Source: Candidatus Methanomethylophilaceae archaeon
GTDB lineage: Archaea; Thermoplasmatota; Thermoplasmata; Methanomassiliicoccales; Methanomethylophilaceae
NCBI GenBank assembly: GCA_944320495.1
Contig: CALUHR010000005.1
Location: 192,001-256,000, forward strand
Direction of reading: 5' to 3'
Length of the DNA stretch: 64,000 bases
A program made the position numbers and the translations under genes. The first letter of the stretch is position 1, and each line of letters starts with the position of its first letter. Shown in pieces: positions 20,589-30,785 of this stretch. The notes below the pieces were generated by a model that was given only the letters and a program-made list of their open reading frames with translations, made no database searches and was not told the origin of the DNA.

Positions 20589-23500
20589 TCAGCTCCTCAT
20601 GAGCCTCATGGCCACGATGATGGCCATGACGATGATGAGGACGACGAGGACGATCAGCAGGTAGTCGGTGATGCCCATTCCGCTGTCGCCGGAGTCGCTG
20701 CCGGTGTCGGGGGAGTCGGGCACGTAGCCGGACTTCTCGAAGCCGGTGAGCTGGAGCTCGTAGATGACGGTGGATCCGGTGGTGGGCTCGCCCTCGGTGG
20801 TGAAGGTGAGGCCGGACTGCTGGGTGCCGTTGACGGTCAGGACACCGTTGCCGGAGTATCCGTTGGCCAGCTGGTACTGGACGGTGTGGCTACCAGCGGC
20901 GATGGTGAGGGTGTATCCGTAGTAGTATCCCTCGACACCCATGTTGGGGTGGGCGGGGTCCTTGTACTCGGCGATCATTCCGAACTGCATGAGGTTACCG
21001 TCGATGCTGATGCTGCTGATGGCGTTCTGGTCAGCCCTGAGGTTGATGACGTAGATGTCGTAGGTGACCTCGGCGGTGACGACGTTGAAGTTGTCGGTTC
21101 CGACCTTGGCGGTGGTGTTGCCGACGGCGACCTTGGTGGTTCCGTCCTCGGCGACCCAGGTTCCGTTGAAGTACGCGTTCTCGACGGGGACGGACTTGAT
21201 CTGCTCGGAGGTCAGGGCGACATCGACGGGTCCGCTGGCGTAGGCGGTGATCCAGGTCGCTCCCTCGACGACGTACTCGGTGGACTTCTTCTCGGCGTTG
21301 GTTCCGACTCCGAGGGTCTCGTCGGAGACGGTGGCTCCGGCGACAGCGTAGACGGTGGTGCATCCGACGAGTCCGTTGACGACACCGGTTCCGGTGGTCT
21401 CGAGCTTGTCGTTGAGTCCGACGTACATGATGTTACCGGTGACGTTCAGGGTTCCGGCGGTGGCGGTGGAGGTGGCGACTGCGACGTCGACGGTTCCGTT
21501 GACGAACAGGGTTCCGACGCTCATGCTCTGGTTGCTGCCCAGGGTGACGGTTCCGTCGACGATGAGCTTGCCGGAGACGGATCCGGAGGTTGCTCCGGCG
21601 GTGGCGGCGGGGACGGTCAGGGTTGCGCCCTCGGCGACGGTCATGTCGCCAGTGACCGCATTGTTCCCGATAATGACGGTTCCGGCGGTGGCGGCGAGGA
21701 TCGCATCGACCTTGTCGTCGTCATTCTCGTGGGTGACGTTGGCACCGGTCACGGTAAGTCCGTTCTCGGACTCGACGGTCAGGTCCATGACATTGGTGGC
21801 CTGGATGCTGGCGTCTCCGACGGTGACGGTTCCGGTGAAGAGTCCGTAGTTGGTGGTGCTCCCGTAGAGAACATCGAGGACGGCGTTGTTGGACAGGGCC
21901 AGGGAGGTCAGGGTGACCTTGGCTCCGTTGTCGACGATGATCTGCTCGCATCCGTTGTCGGTGGCGGCGAAGACGATGTCTCCCTCGGCGACGGTTCCCT
22001 TGAGGGTGATCTTGCTCTCGATGTTCGGGAGGACGTTCGCGGAGACGGCGACGGCCAGCGGGGTGACGTACCTGTACTCTCCGTCGGTGTAGTAGGCACC
22101 GCTGATGTAGGATCCGGTGAGGTCGGCGACGGCGTTGGCCTGCTTGTAGTCGACGGTCTCCATGACCTTCAGGGTTCCGGTGACCACGATGGCAGACGCG
22201 TAGTCCTTCTTGACCTGGTCGTTGACGGCCTTGTCTGCGAAGGCGGTCTGGGCGATGATTCCCTGGGAGGCCCTCTCGGACTGGAGGGTTCCGGCGACGG
22301 TCAGGGTGACGCCGTTCATGACCTTGATCTGTCCGTTCTCGGGGACGATGAGGGTGACTCCCTCCTTGACGGTGAAGTCGCTGTCGAGCTCGACGACGGC
22401 GTTCTCGAAGACCTCGATGACGTCGCCGGCGACGGCCTCGTTCATGGCGGTGTAGACGTTGGTGTACCTGGCCCAGCCGTTCTTGACGAGCTTGCCCTCG
22501 GCGTCGACCTGCTTGGAGACGACGTCGGCCTGGATGGTCTCCTCGCCCATCCTGAGGTCGGTCCTGTCGGTGAAGTACAGGGTTCCCTCGACGACGGTGG
22601 TTCCGGTTCCGTTGTAGTCGGCTCCGGCGGCGATGGTCAGGACGACGGTCCTGTCCTTCTCGGTTCCGATCTTCAGGGTAGCATCGCTGAAGGTGAAGTC
22701 GATGGCCGGCACGGTCGCGGAGACGGTGACGGTGTTCTCTCCGTAGAGGACGATCTCGTCGATGGTGCTGTCAGCGTTGGCGGCGGCGATGGCTGCGTCG
22801 ACGGTGACGTAGTTGCTGTAATCGTCGGTGTCGACGGTGGTAAGGTAGTGGGCGGCGTTGACGGTTCCCTTAATCTCGAACTCGGGCATGTAGACATGTC
22901 CGGCCCCAGCCATGGTGAGGGTTCCATCACTGTTGTAGATGTTGGCGGATTTGTTCACGGGGACGTATCCGCTGACGGTCAGGGTCGCCTTGTTGTCAAG
23001 GGCGACCTTCTCACCAAGGGACAGGGCAGCGGTGTTCTCGCCGGCGTCGGAGACGGTGAACTTTCCGCTAACGAGCTTGAGGTAGGCGGAGTAGTTCCTG
23101 GTGTCGGCGGTGGAGGAGTTCGCAAGGGCGGACAGCTCTCCGCTGACGTTTCCGGCGATGTCCATAACGTTGGTCAGCTTGTCCTTGGTGCTGTTGTAGG
23201 TGACGTCCTCGACGACGGTGAGTCCGGAAATGACGGAGTTGTTGTCGGAGGAGTTGGTCACGTAGAACTGAAGGCTGGTAGCGATGGTTCCCGCAGTGAC
23301 TCCGATCTTCTTGTCCTTGGCATACTCAAGTCCCGCGTCGGAGACGGTCACTCCGCCACCGGTGGTGACGGCCATGTTCCTGACCTCGACGGAGGCTCCG
23401 TCGGCGGCCATGTAGACGGTGACCATGTCGTCTGCGTAGATGATGTTGCCCGCGTCGTTGGTGGGCTCGGAGTCGATGACGACAGCTCCGCTGTTGTAGA

Positions 23501-25430
23501 TGGAAACGGCCTCCATGAACTGGCCCTCGAGGGTCAGGGAGACGTCCTGGGCGACGACGACCTTGGTTCCGTCGTTCTGGTAGATCGCGGAGGTGTCGGA
23601 CAGGGTGGTGTCGCTGTTGATGTTGAGGGAGGCGTTGGCGTTCTTGGTCTCGGGGTTGGGACCCATGTTGCTGATTGCGTTGAATCCGTATCCGACCTTG
23701 ACGGTACCGTCGATGTCGGCGGTGCCCTCGACGTTGATCTGTCCGGCAGCGACGGCCAGGGTGGCACCCTGCTCGACGGTCAGGGTTCCCTCGATGTTGG
23801 CGGTTCCGGGTCCGATGCGGGTGTTGTCACCGGTGCACTGGGAGGCTCCGATGACGAGGACTCCTCCATCCTCGATGACGAGGTTACCGAGGACGTTCAG
23901 GGTTCCGGGGATGACGATGACGTTTCCGGAGATGATGTTCCAGGTCTGTCCCTCGGGGACGGTGATGTTCTGGTTGGAGGTGTACCACTGGGTTCCGGTG
24001 CTGTCTCCGTAGACGGACAGGTCGGAGGTGTTGTTGTTGGTGTACTTCTCGACCAGGACGGGGGCGCTCATGGTTCCGTCGTTGGTGACGGATCCGGATC
24101 CCTCGACGGGTTTGGAACCGTCGACGGTTCCGGAGTTGGTGAACCTTCCCTCGACGGTCAGGCCAGCGGTGTTGAGGTCGACGGTTCCCCTGTTCCTCAG
24201 GCTGCTGTTCTCGGTGACGGTGATTCCGGTTCCGGCAGAGGCGAGAGTGACGTTCTCGTCGACGGCGTTGGTTCCGGTGAGGGTGGTTCCGCTCAGGGTG
24301 TACTTGGCAGGAAGGATGTCACCGGTTCCGGTGGAGGCCTTGAAGGTGGCTCCGTCGATGGTACCGCCGATGATCTTGGGCATGACAAGGTTCTTGTCCT
24401 TCTCGGCGTCGAGATCGCCCTTCCAGTTGCTTCCGGCGACCTTCATGGTGTCGGCGAAGATCTTGGAGTCGTCGTCCATGGTGATCTCGGATCCGCCATA
24501 GAGCATGACACCGGCCCTGCTGGTGTTGTTGTTCTGGTTGGCGTCGTTGATGTCGAAGGTGGTGTTGTCAACGTCGACGGCTCCCTTGAAGGCGAGTCCC
24601 TGGACGTTGGCACCGTTGACGGTGTAGGTCAGGTTGACCAGTTTGGAACCGCCGGCGGCGACGAGTCCGACCTCGACATCGGTCATGTTGATGGCGTTCT
24701 GCTCACCGGCGGTGGTGATGACAGCGTCCTGGAAGGCGGCGGTTCCTATGCAGTTGAGGGTGGAGCCCGTCATCTTGAGGTTGGTCTTGTCTCCGTCGGT
24801 GGCTCCGATCCAGGTGCTTCCGGACACGGTCGCGGAGCCGGTCTGCTTGATGGTGACGACGGAGTTCTTCATCTCGAAGGTCGCGTTGACACCGGTCTTC
24901 GTAGCGTCGCTGACATTGGGCTCGGCGTACTGGCTGTTGAAGATGGAGTTGGTGCAGTTGCCCTTGGAGGCGTTGTCGAGGGTGAGGTTCACGTTCTCGA
25001 CGATGATGGACTTGTTGTCGACCGCGAAATAGAAGACGGAGGAGTAGTTGTTGGAACCACTCGTCACGGTGGTCTTGGTGGTTTTGATGTAGAGGTCGTA
25101 GACCTCGGTGGCCTCATCATCGGATTTGATGGTGAGGTTTCCGTTCAGGATGAATGCAACATCCGCAGCGTCGGTGGAGTCACCGACGTCGTCGGTCAGG
25201 ATGATGGTTGCACCCGAGGCAGGCACCTCGATGATGCCGTTGGTGGCCAGTGCCTCAAGCTCCTCAACGGAGCCGACACTGTTCTCCACTTCGAGCTCTT
25301 TACCCTCGACGGGGTCGTAAGCATCGGCGGAGGGGGCCGCGACAACTGCCACAGCGCACACGACCATCAGCATGGCGATGACGGCGGCGAGCAGTTTGCC
25401 GTTGTTTTTGTTCATATTCGAAGATATCAT
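20589..25430 (-). CDS. Giant adhesin/S-layer-like protein 4 (1613 aa, subfamily B)
   Basis: Start MISSNMNKNNGKLL at 25430 preceded by AAAGGAG. N-terminus nearly identical to protein 2. Confidence 0.9.
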   Translation of the reverse strand: MISSNMNKNNGKLLAAVIAMLMVVCAVAVVAAPSADAYDPVEGKELEVENSVGSVEELEALATNGIIEVPASGATIILTDDVGDSTDAADVAFILNGNLTIKSDDEATEVYDLYIKTTKTTVTSGSNNYSSVFYFAVDNKSIIVENVNLTLDNASKGNCTNSIFNSQYAEPNVSDATKTGVNATFEMKNSVVTIKQTGSATVSGSTWIGATDGDKTNLKMTGSTLNCIGTAAFQDAVITTAGEQNAINMTDVEVGLVAAGGSKLVNLTYTVNGANVQGLAFKGAVDVDNTTFDINDANQNNNTSRAGVMLYGGSEITMDDDSKIFADTMKVAGSNWKGDLDAEKDKNLVMPKIIGGTIDGATFKASTGTGDILPAKYTLSGTTLTGTNAVDENVTLASAGTGITVTENSSLRNRGTVDLNTAGLTVEGRFTNSGTVDGSKPVEGSGSVTNDGTMSAPVLVEKYTNNNTSDLSVYGDSTGTQWYTSNQNITVPEGQTWNIISGNVIVIPGTLNVLGNLVIEDGGVLVIGASQCTGDNTRIGPGTANIEGTLTVEQGATLAVAAGQINVEGTADIDGTVKVGYGFNAISNMGPNPETKNANASLNINSDTTLSDTSAIYQNDGTKVVVAQDVSLTLEGQFMEAVSIYNSGAVVIDSEPTNDAGNIIYADDMVTVYMAADGASVEVRNMAVTTGGGVTVSDAGLEYAKDKKIGVTAGTIATSLQFYVTNSSDNNSVISGLTVVEDVTYNSTKDKLTNVMDIAGNVSGELSALANSSTADTRNYSAYLKLVSGKFTVSDAGENTAALSLGEKVALDNKATLTVSGYVPVNKSANIYNSDGTLTMAGAGHVYMPEFEIKGTVNAAHYLTTVDTDDYSNYVTVDAAIAAANADSTIDEIVLYGENTVTVSATVPAIDFTFSDATLKIGTEKDRTVVLTIAAGADYNGTGTTVVEGTLYFTDRTDLRMGEETIQADVVSKQVDAEGKLVKNGWARYTNVYTAMNEAVAGDVIEVFENAVVELDSDFTVKEGVTLIVPENGQIKVMNGVTLTVAGTLQSERASQGIIAQTAFADKAVNDQVKKDYASAIVVTGTLKVMETVDYKQANAVADLTGSYISGAYYTDGEYRYVTPLAVAVSANVLPNIESKITLKGTVAEGDIVFAATDNGCEQIIVDNGAKVTLTSLALSNNAVLDVLYGSTTNYGLFTGTVTVGDASIQATNVMDLTVESENGLTVTGANVTHENDDDKVDAILAATAGTVIIGNNAVTGDMTVAEGATLTVPAATAGATSGSVSGKLIVDGTVTLGSNQSMSVGTLFVNGTVDVAVATSTATAGTLNVTGNIMYVGLNDKLETTGTGVVNGLVGCTTVYAVAGATVSDETLGVGTNAEKKSTEYVVEGATWITAYASGPVDVALTSEQIKSVPVENAYFNGTWVAEDGTTKVAVGNTTAKVGTDNFNVVTAEVTYDIYVINLRADQNAISSISIDGNLMQFGMIAEYKDPAHPNMGVEGYYYGYTLTIAAGSHTVQYQLANGYSGNGVLTVNGTQQSGLTFTTEGEPTTGSTVIYELQLTGFEKSGYVPDSPDTGSDSGDSGMGITDYLLIVLVVLIIVMAIIVAMRLMRS

Positions 25431-25626
25431 AGAGACATTTGCTCCTTTGTTGGGCATTCTGCACGGTTCCCCCTCACCGGCCACGCTTCCACGCGACCTC
25501 AGGGGGACCATGCAGACGAGCTGCGTCCCGGACGCCCGGGGGCGCCCGATACACGGCTTGTCTCCCGAGTGGGTTCTTCCACCCGGTAAAATACGAGACT
25601 CTTCGTTTCGGATATTAAAGCGTTCC
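25431..25626 (-). promoter_or_regulatory. BRE/TATA promoter and long structured 5' UTR of adhesin 4
   Basis: Minus strand gaacgc-TTTAATAT (TATA at plus 25612-25619), then ~160 nt containing nested stems (tgcatggtcccct / agggggaaccgtgca, with an inner GGAA-capped stem). Confidence 0.65.
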
Positions 25627-25911
25627 CCCGAGGCTCGGAGTCGGTACACGAAAACGGGGTGTTTTTCACGGTCGCGAGAGGACGGGGATCGGGCGGACGG
25701 TGCGGACGCCGTCCGCGCGTCCCGATTCCCCTCCCCGGGGCCGGGAGGCCCCTCGGAGGGCCGATCCCCGGCGGCGGGGGCCGCCGATCCGCCGCGTTCC
25801 CCGATCTCCCGCATTAAGATTGGATAATAGATCGCCGTCCGTTTTATCTCCGGGGACCGCATCCGAATCCCCGTCATAGGGGTCGTCTCCCGAAAGGGAG
25901 CAGTTGTCTCT

Positions 25912-28900
25912 ATGGTTACTAACTATGCGAACAAAAACACCAGCAAACTGCTGGTTGCGGTCCTCGCGATGCTCATGATCGTCGCGGGAGCCGCAGTCGT
26001 CCTCGGTGACACCGTCTCGGCAGCTGATCCCGAGACGGATGACACATCCGTCGCGAATGTGTCCACCGCGGAGGAGCTGGCCACCGCCCTCTCCAGTGAG
26101 GACGTCACCACCATCAATCTGACCAAAGACATCGACCTTAGACAGATTGATGACAAGAATGGATATGTCATCGGCAAAGCCGTCACCATCAACGGAGACA
26201 ACCACACCATCTCTGGAAATCTCTACAACGATCCTTCCGCCAAGCTGATCGTCGTCCAGAACGTCAACACCAATAATGCCAAGGTCGTCTTCAACGACGT
26301 CAAGCTCGCCGGTGCCCTCAACGTCTACAAGTCCAATGTTGACCTGAACAATGTCGCCATTACCGTCAACGGTCTCTCCGGACTCATCGTCGGGGACACC
26401 GCCATCGTCAAAGCCGAGAACCTCTCCATCACCGGCAACTACGGTGTCTGGGGCGGATTCGTCAACGTCGACAAGGGCGGAGACTTCACCGTCGACACCA
26501 TCTCCGGAGTCGGTTCCATCTACTCCGAGACCCTCGGAACCTCTGCGATCACCGTCGAGGACGCCCCCGTCTACGTCCAGGGCACCGGAACCTGGGCCGG
26601 ATACTATGCCGACATCGACGACGCCCTCAAGGCCGTGAAGGGAACCTCTTCCACTGAGGCCACCGTCACCGTCAACGGATCCACCACCCTCGACGGAGAC
26701 TACACGGGAGTCAATAAATTCACCACCCTCAACATCACCGTCACCGAGAACGGTAACCTGAGGAACAACGGAAAAATCGCCTTCACCGACTTCACCGTCG
26801 ACGGAAGGTTCACCAACAACTCCGACGGAGTCGTCGACGGTGCCAACGCCATCGACGGAACCGGAAAGATCGTCAACGACGGTACCATGAACGCCGCCGT
26901 TCTCGTCGAGAACTACACCAATAACAACACCTCCGAAATCAAGCTGTCCGGAGACAGCACCGGAACCAACTGGTACCCCGCCAAGCAGACCATCACCGTC
27001 CCCGCCGGCGAGACCTGGACCATCATCAAGGACAACATCATCGTCATCCCCGGGACCCTGAACGTCCTCGGAAACCTCGTCGTCGAGGAGGGCGGAGTTC
27101 TCGTCATCGGAGCCGCCCAGTGCACCGGAGACAACACCAGGGTCGGAGCCGGAACCGCCAACGTCGAGGGAACCCTGACCGTCGAGGAGGGCGCAGTCCT
27201 CTCCGTCGCCATGGGACAGCTCAACATCGAGGGGACCGCCAACATCGACGGTACCGTCAAGGTCGGATACGGATTCGATACCATCGCCAACATGAGCGAT
27301 GACCCCACCGTCGAGAACGCCAACGCCAAGATTAACGTCAACAGCAACACCACCCTGTCCGAGACCTCTGAGATTAGCCAGGTCGACGGAACCAAGGTCG
27401 TCGTCGCCCAGGACGTCACCATGACCCTTGAGGGAGTCTTCGCCACCGCCGTCACCTTCGACAACAGCGGCGCCGTCATCATCGACTCCCAGCCCACCGA
27501 CGCCAGCAAGAACAACGCGCCCGTGGCCTGCGGTGTCGCCATCAACGTCAACATGATGGCCGACGGAGCCTCCGTCGAGATCCAGAACCTCGCCGTCAAC
27601 AAGGACGGAAAGGTCATCGTAGACGATGCCAACCTCGTCGTCAACAACAGGACCGGCGTCACCATCGGAGACTACAAGGCCGATGCATCCGACTCCAAGG
27701 TTTACAACAACAGGATGAAATTCGATTCCAACGGAACCGACGCTGTCATCTCCGGACTGACCATCGTCGAGAACTACGACGGGCTCAAGGCCGTCGCCGG
27801 CGACGCAACCAAGAAGGTCCCCCAGAACACCATGGACCTCTCCGGCAGCATCTCCGTCAGCGATCTCAACAGGGATCAGGATGCCGATGGAAAGGTCCGC
27901 ATCTATCTGAACAACGGAAACTTCACTATCACTGATGCCGGAGACGCCACCGCTCTCGCCATCGGTGCCGGAGCGACCCTCGCCGTCATGAACCAGGCCG
28001 AGCTGACCGTCTCCGGATACGTTCCCGTCAGCGCCGACAGCACCGCTCCTGGCGACATCACCAACGCCGGAGAGATCACCCTCGCCGGAAACGGACACAT
28101 CTACATCAAGGACTCCAACGACAAGATCACCACCGACAACGTCAACGCCTCGATGTACGAGACCCTCGTCAACGCCGACAGGTACAACAACTACGTCACC
28201 GTCGACGCCGCCATCGCCGCAGCCAACGCGGACAGCACCATCGACGAGATCACCCTCTACGGGGAGAACACCGTCACCGCCTCCGCCACCGTGCCCGCCA
28301 TCGACTTCAGCTTCGACAAGGCCGTGCTCTACATCGGAAGCGAGGACGACAGGACCGTCACCCTGACCATCGCCGCCGGAGCCAACTACAACGGAACCGT
28401 CGGATCCGCCGACGGAGTCGATGCCGGAAAGGCCACCGTCGTCTACGGTACCCTGTACTTCACCGACAAGACCGACCGCGCCATGTCCGAGGACACCATC
28501 GACGCCGACGTCAGGTCCTACCAGGTCGACGCCGAGGGCAAGGATGTCAAGAACGGCTGGGCCAGGTACACCAACGTCTACACCGCCATGGACGCCGCCG
28601 TCGCCGGCGACGTCATCGAGGTCTTCGACGGAGCCAAGGTCGAGCTCGACAGGGACTTCACCGTCAAGGAGGGAGTCACCCTCATCGTCCCCGAGAACGG
28701 ACAGATCAAGGTCATGAACGGCGTCACCCTGACCGTCGCCGGAACCCTCCAGTCCGAGAACCCCACCGCGGGAATCGTCGCCGAGAACGAGTTCGCCGAC
28801 ATTGCCGAGAACAACACCGCCACCGCGGACGGAAAGAAGACCTCCGCCATCGTGGTCACCGGCACCCTGAAGGTCATGGAGGACAGGGCATACAAGGCCG

Positions 28901-30483
28901 CCACTGTCACCGAAGCCAACAAGGGAACCCTCCAGAACTCCTGGATCGACGGAGCCTACTACACCGACGGAGAGTACAACTACGTCTCCCCGATTGCCGT
29001 CGCCGTCTCCGCGACCGTCCTGCCCACCATCGAGAACGACATCACCGTCTACGGAACCGTCGCCGAGGGTGACATCGCGTTCGCCCCCAACGACAACGAC
29101 TGCAACCAGATCATCATCGCCGACGGAGCCAAGGTCACCCTGAGCTCCCTGACCCTGAGCGACAGGGCCATCCTCGACGTCTCCTTCACCAGCGAGACCG
29201 TCTACGGACTCTTCACCGGAACCGTCACCGTCGGAGACGCCAGCATCCAGGCCGTCAACGTCAGGGACCTGACCGTCAACTCCGCCAGCGGACTGACCGT
29301 CACCGATGCCGATGTCAAATACGACGACAAGAAGGCCGAGACCAAGGTCGACGCCTCCCTCTCCGCCACCGCCGGAACCGTCATCGTCGCCAACGTCGAC
29401 GGAGACATGACCGTCGCCGAGGGCGCCACCCTGACCGTCGCGACCCCTGCCTCCGCCAACCAGACCACCGACGGAACCGTCACCGGCAAGCTTACCGTCA
29501 ACGGAACCGTCACCCTGGCCAGCGGACAGAACCTCCTCGTCAACGGAACCCTGTTCGTCAACGGAACCGTCGACGTCGCAGCCGCCACTGACACCGCCGT
29601 CGCCGGCAGCCTGAACGTCGACAACAACGCTGTTACTACCGACGGCTACAACGGAATCGTCTATGTCGGACTCAGCGATAAGTTCAAGACCACCGGAACC
29701 GGAGCCGTCAACGGACTCGTCGGATGCGCCACCATCTACGCCGTCGCCGGAGCCACCGTCTCCGACGCCACCATCGGTGTCGGAACCGCCAACGAGAAGG
29801 ACTCCACCGAGTACTACATCGAGGACACTCTCTGGATGACCGCCTACGGTGCCGGCAACATCGTCGCCGACAACATGGAGAACGCCCCCGTCGAGAACGC
29901 GTACTTCAACAACGTCTGGCAGAACGAGGCCGGCGATGCCACCTACGACAACGTCGAGTCCACAGTGAGCGCTACCAACCCCGCCATCGGATCCGTCGAT
30001 GCCGTCTACGCCGTCATCGAGTACGACATCTACGTCATCAACCTCAGGGCCGACCAGAACGCCATCTCCAGCATCAGCATCGATGGCAACATCATGCAGT
30101 TCGGAATGATCCAGGATACCACTGCTGGATCCACTGGCTACTACTACGGCTACACCGCCGTCGTCGCCGCCGGCAGCCACACCATCAGCTACCAGCTGGC
30201 CAACGGATACTCCGGCAACGGAGTCCTGACCGTCAACGGAACCCAGATGTCCGATCTGACCTTCACCACCGAGGGTAACCCCGCCGATGGAAAGCAGACC
30301 GTCACCTACAACCTCCAGCTCACCGGCTTCGAGAAGTCCGGCTACGTGCCCGACTCCCCCGACACCGGCGACTCCGGATCCTCCGACTCCGGAATGACGA
30401 TCACCGACTACCTGCTGATCGTCCTCGTCGTCCTCATCATCGTCATGGCCATCATCGTCGCCATGCGCCTGATGAGGAGCTGA
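25912..30483 (+). CDS. Giant adhesin/S-layer-like protein 5 (1523 aa, subfamily B body, distinct N-terminus)
   Basis: MVTNYANKNTSKLL start. Central blocks are shared with proteins 2 and 4, and the C-terminal anchor is conserved. Confidence 0.9.
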   Translation: MVTNYANKNTSKLLVAVLAMLMIVAGAAVVLGDTVSAADPETDDTSVANVSTAEELATALSSEDVTTINLTKDIDLRQIDDKNGYVIGKAVTINGDNHTISGNLYNDPSAKLIVVQNVNTNNAKVVFNDVKLAGALNVYKSNVDLNNVAITVNGLSGLIVGDTAIVKAENLSITGNYGVWGGFVNVDKGGDFTVDTISGVGSIYSETLGTSAITVEDAPVYVQGTGTWAGYYADIDDALKAVKGTSSTEATVTVNGSTTLDGDYTGVNKFTTLNITVTENGNLRNNGKIAFTDFTVDGRFTNNSDGVVDGANAIDGTGKIVNDGTMNAAVLVENYTNNNTSEIKLSGDSTGTNWYPAKQTITVPAGETWTIIKDNIIVIPGTLNVLGNLVVEEGGVLVIGAAQCTGDNTRVGAGTANVEGTLTVEEGAVLSVAMGQLNIEGTANIDGTVKVGYGFDTIANMSDDPTVENANAKINVNSNTTLSETSEISQVDGTKVVVAQDVTMTLEGVFATAVTFDNSGAVIIDSQPTDASKNNAPVACGVAINVNMMADGASVEIQNLAVNKDGKVIVDDANLVVNNRTGVTIGDYKADASDSKVYNNRMKFDSNGTDAVISGLTIVENYDGLKAVAGDATKKVPQNTMDLSGSISVSDLNRDQDADGKVRIYLNNGNFTITDAGDATALAIGAGATLAVMNQAELTVSGYVPVSADSTAPGDITNAGEITLAGNGHIYIKDSNDKITTDNVNASMYETLVNADRYNNYVTVDAAIAAANADSTIDEITLYGENTVTASATVPAIDFSFDKAVLYIGSEDDRTVTLTIAAGANYNGTVGSADGVDAGKATVVYGTLYFTDKTDRAMSEDTIDADVRSYQVDAEGKDVKNGWARYTNVYTAMDAAVAGDVIEVFDGAKVELDRDFTVKEGVTLIVPENGQIKVMNGVTLTVAGTLQSENPTAGIVAENEFADIAENNTATADGKKTSAIVVTGTLKVMEDRAYKAATVTEANKGTLQNSWIDGAYYTDGEYNYVSPIAVAVSATVLPTIENDITVYGTVAEGDIAFAPNDNDCNQIIIADGAKVTLSSLTLSDRAILDVSFTSETVYGLFTGTVTVGDASIQAVNVRDLTVNSASGLTVTDADVKYDDKKAETKVDASLSATAGTVIVANVDGDMTVAEGATLTVATPASANQTTDGTVTGKLTVNGTVTLASGQNLLVNGTLFVNGTVDVAAATDTAVAGSLNVDNNAVTTDGYNGIVYVGLSDKFKTTGTGAVNGLVGCATIYAVAGATVSDATIGVGTANEKDSTEYYIEDTLWMTAYGAGNIVADNMENAPVENAYFNNVWQNEAGDATYDNVESTVSATNPAIGSVDAVYAVIEYDIYVINLRADQNAISSISIDGNIMQFGMIQDTTAGSTGYYYGYTAVVAAGSHTISYQLANGYSGNGVLTVNGTQMSDLTFTTEGNPADGKQTVTYNLQLTGFEKSGYVPDSPDTGDSGSSDSGMTITDYLLIVLVVLIIVMAIIVAMRLMRS

Positions 30484-30630
30484 TTGCGAACCATCCCACG
30501 AACCTGAACAGCAAACCCCGAGGGTCCGCGAGGACCCTCCCAAGGGATGGGAAACCCGGTAACCTGAACAGCAAACCCCGCGGTGAGAACCGCCCGCCCC
30601 GTCCGGACGCGAGAGGCGTCCGGCCGGGGC
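30484..30630 (+). repeat. Shorter copy of the adhesin 3' structured tail
   Basis: Two aacctgaacagcaaacccc motifs; hairpins gagggtcc-GCGA-ggaccctc and gcggt-GAGA-accgc. Confidence 0.75.
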
Positions 30631-30785
30631 ATCCTTCTGTTTGATTGTCATTGCCCGCCGCCGAAGGCGGCGGATCGGAGTGGTTGGCGGGGGACACCCG
30701 CACCCCGCCCGGCCATACGGCCGCGGGGTGCGGAGACAGGTCCGCTCCGCGGACCTTGATATTCCCCCGATCCGTTCCATCACCG

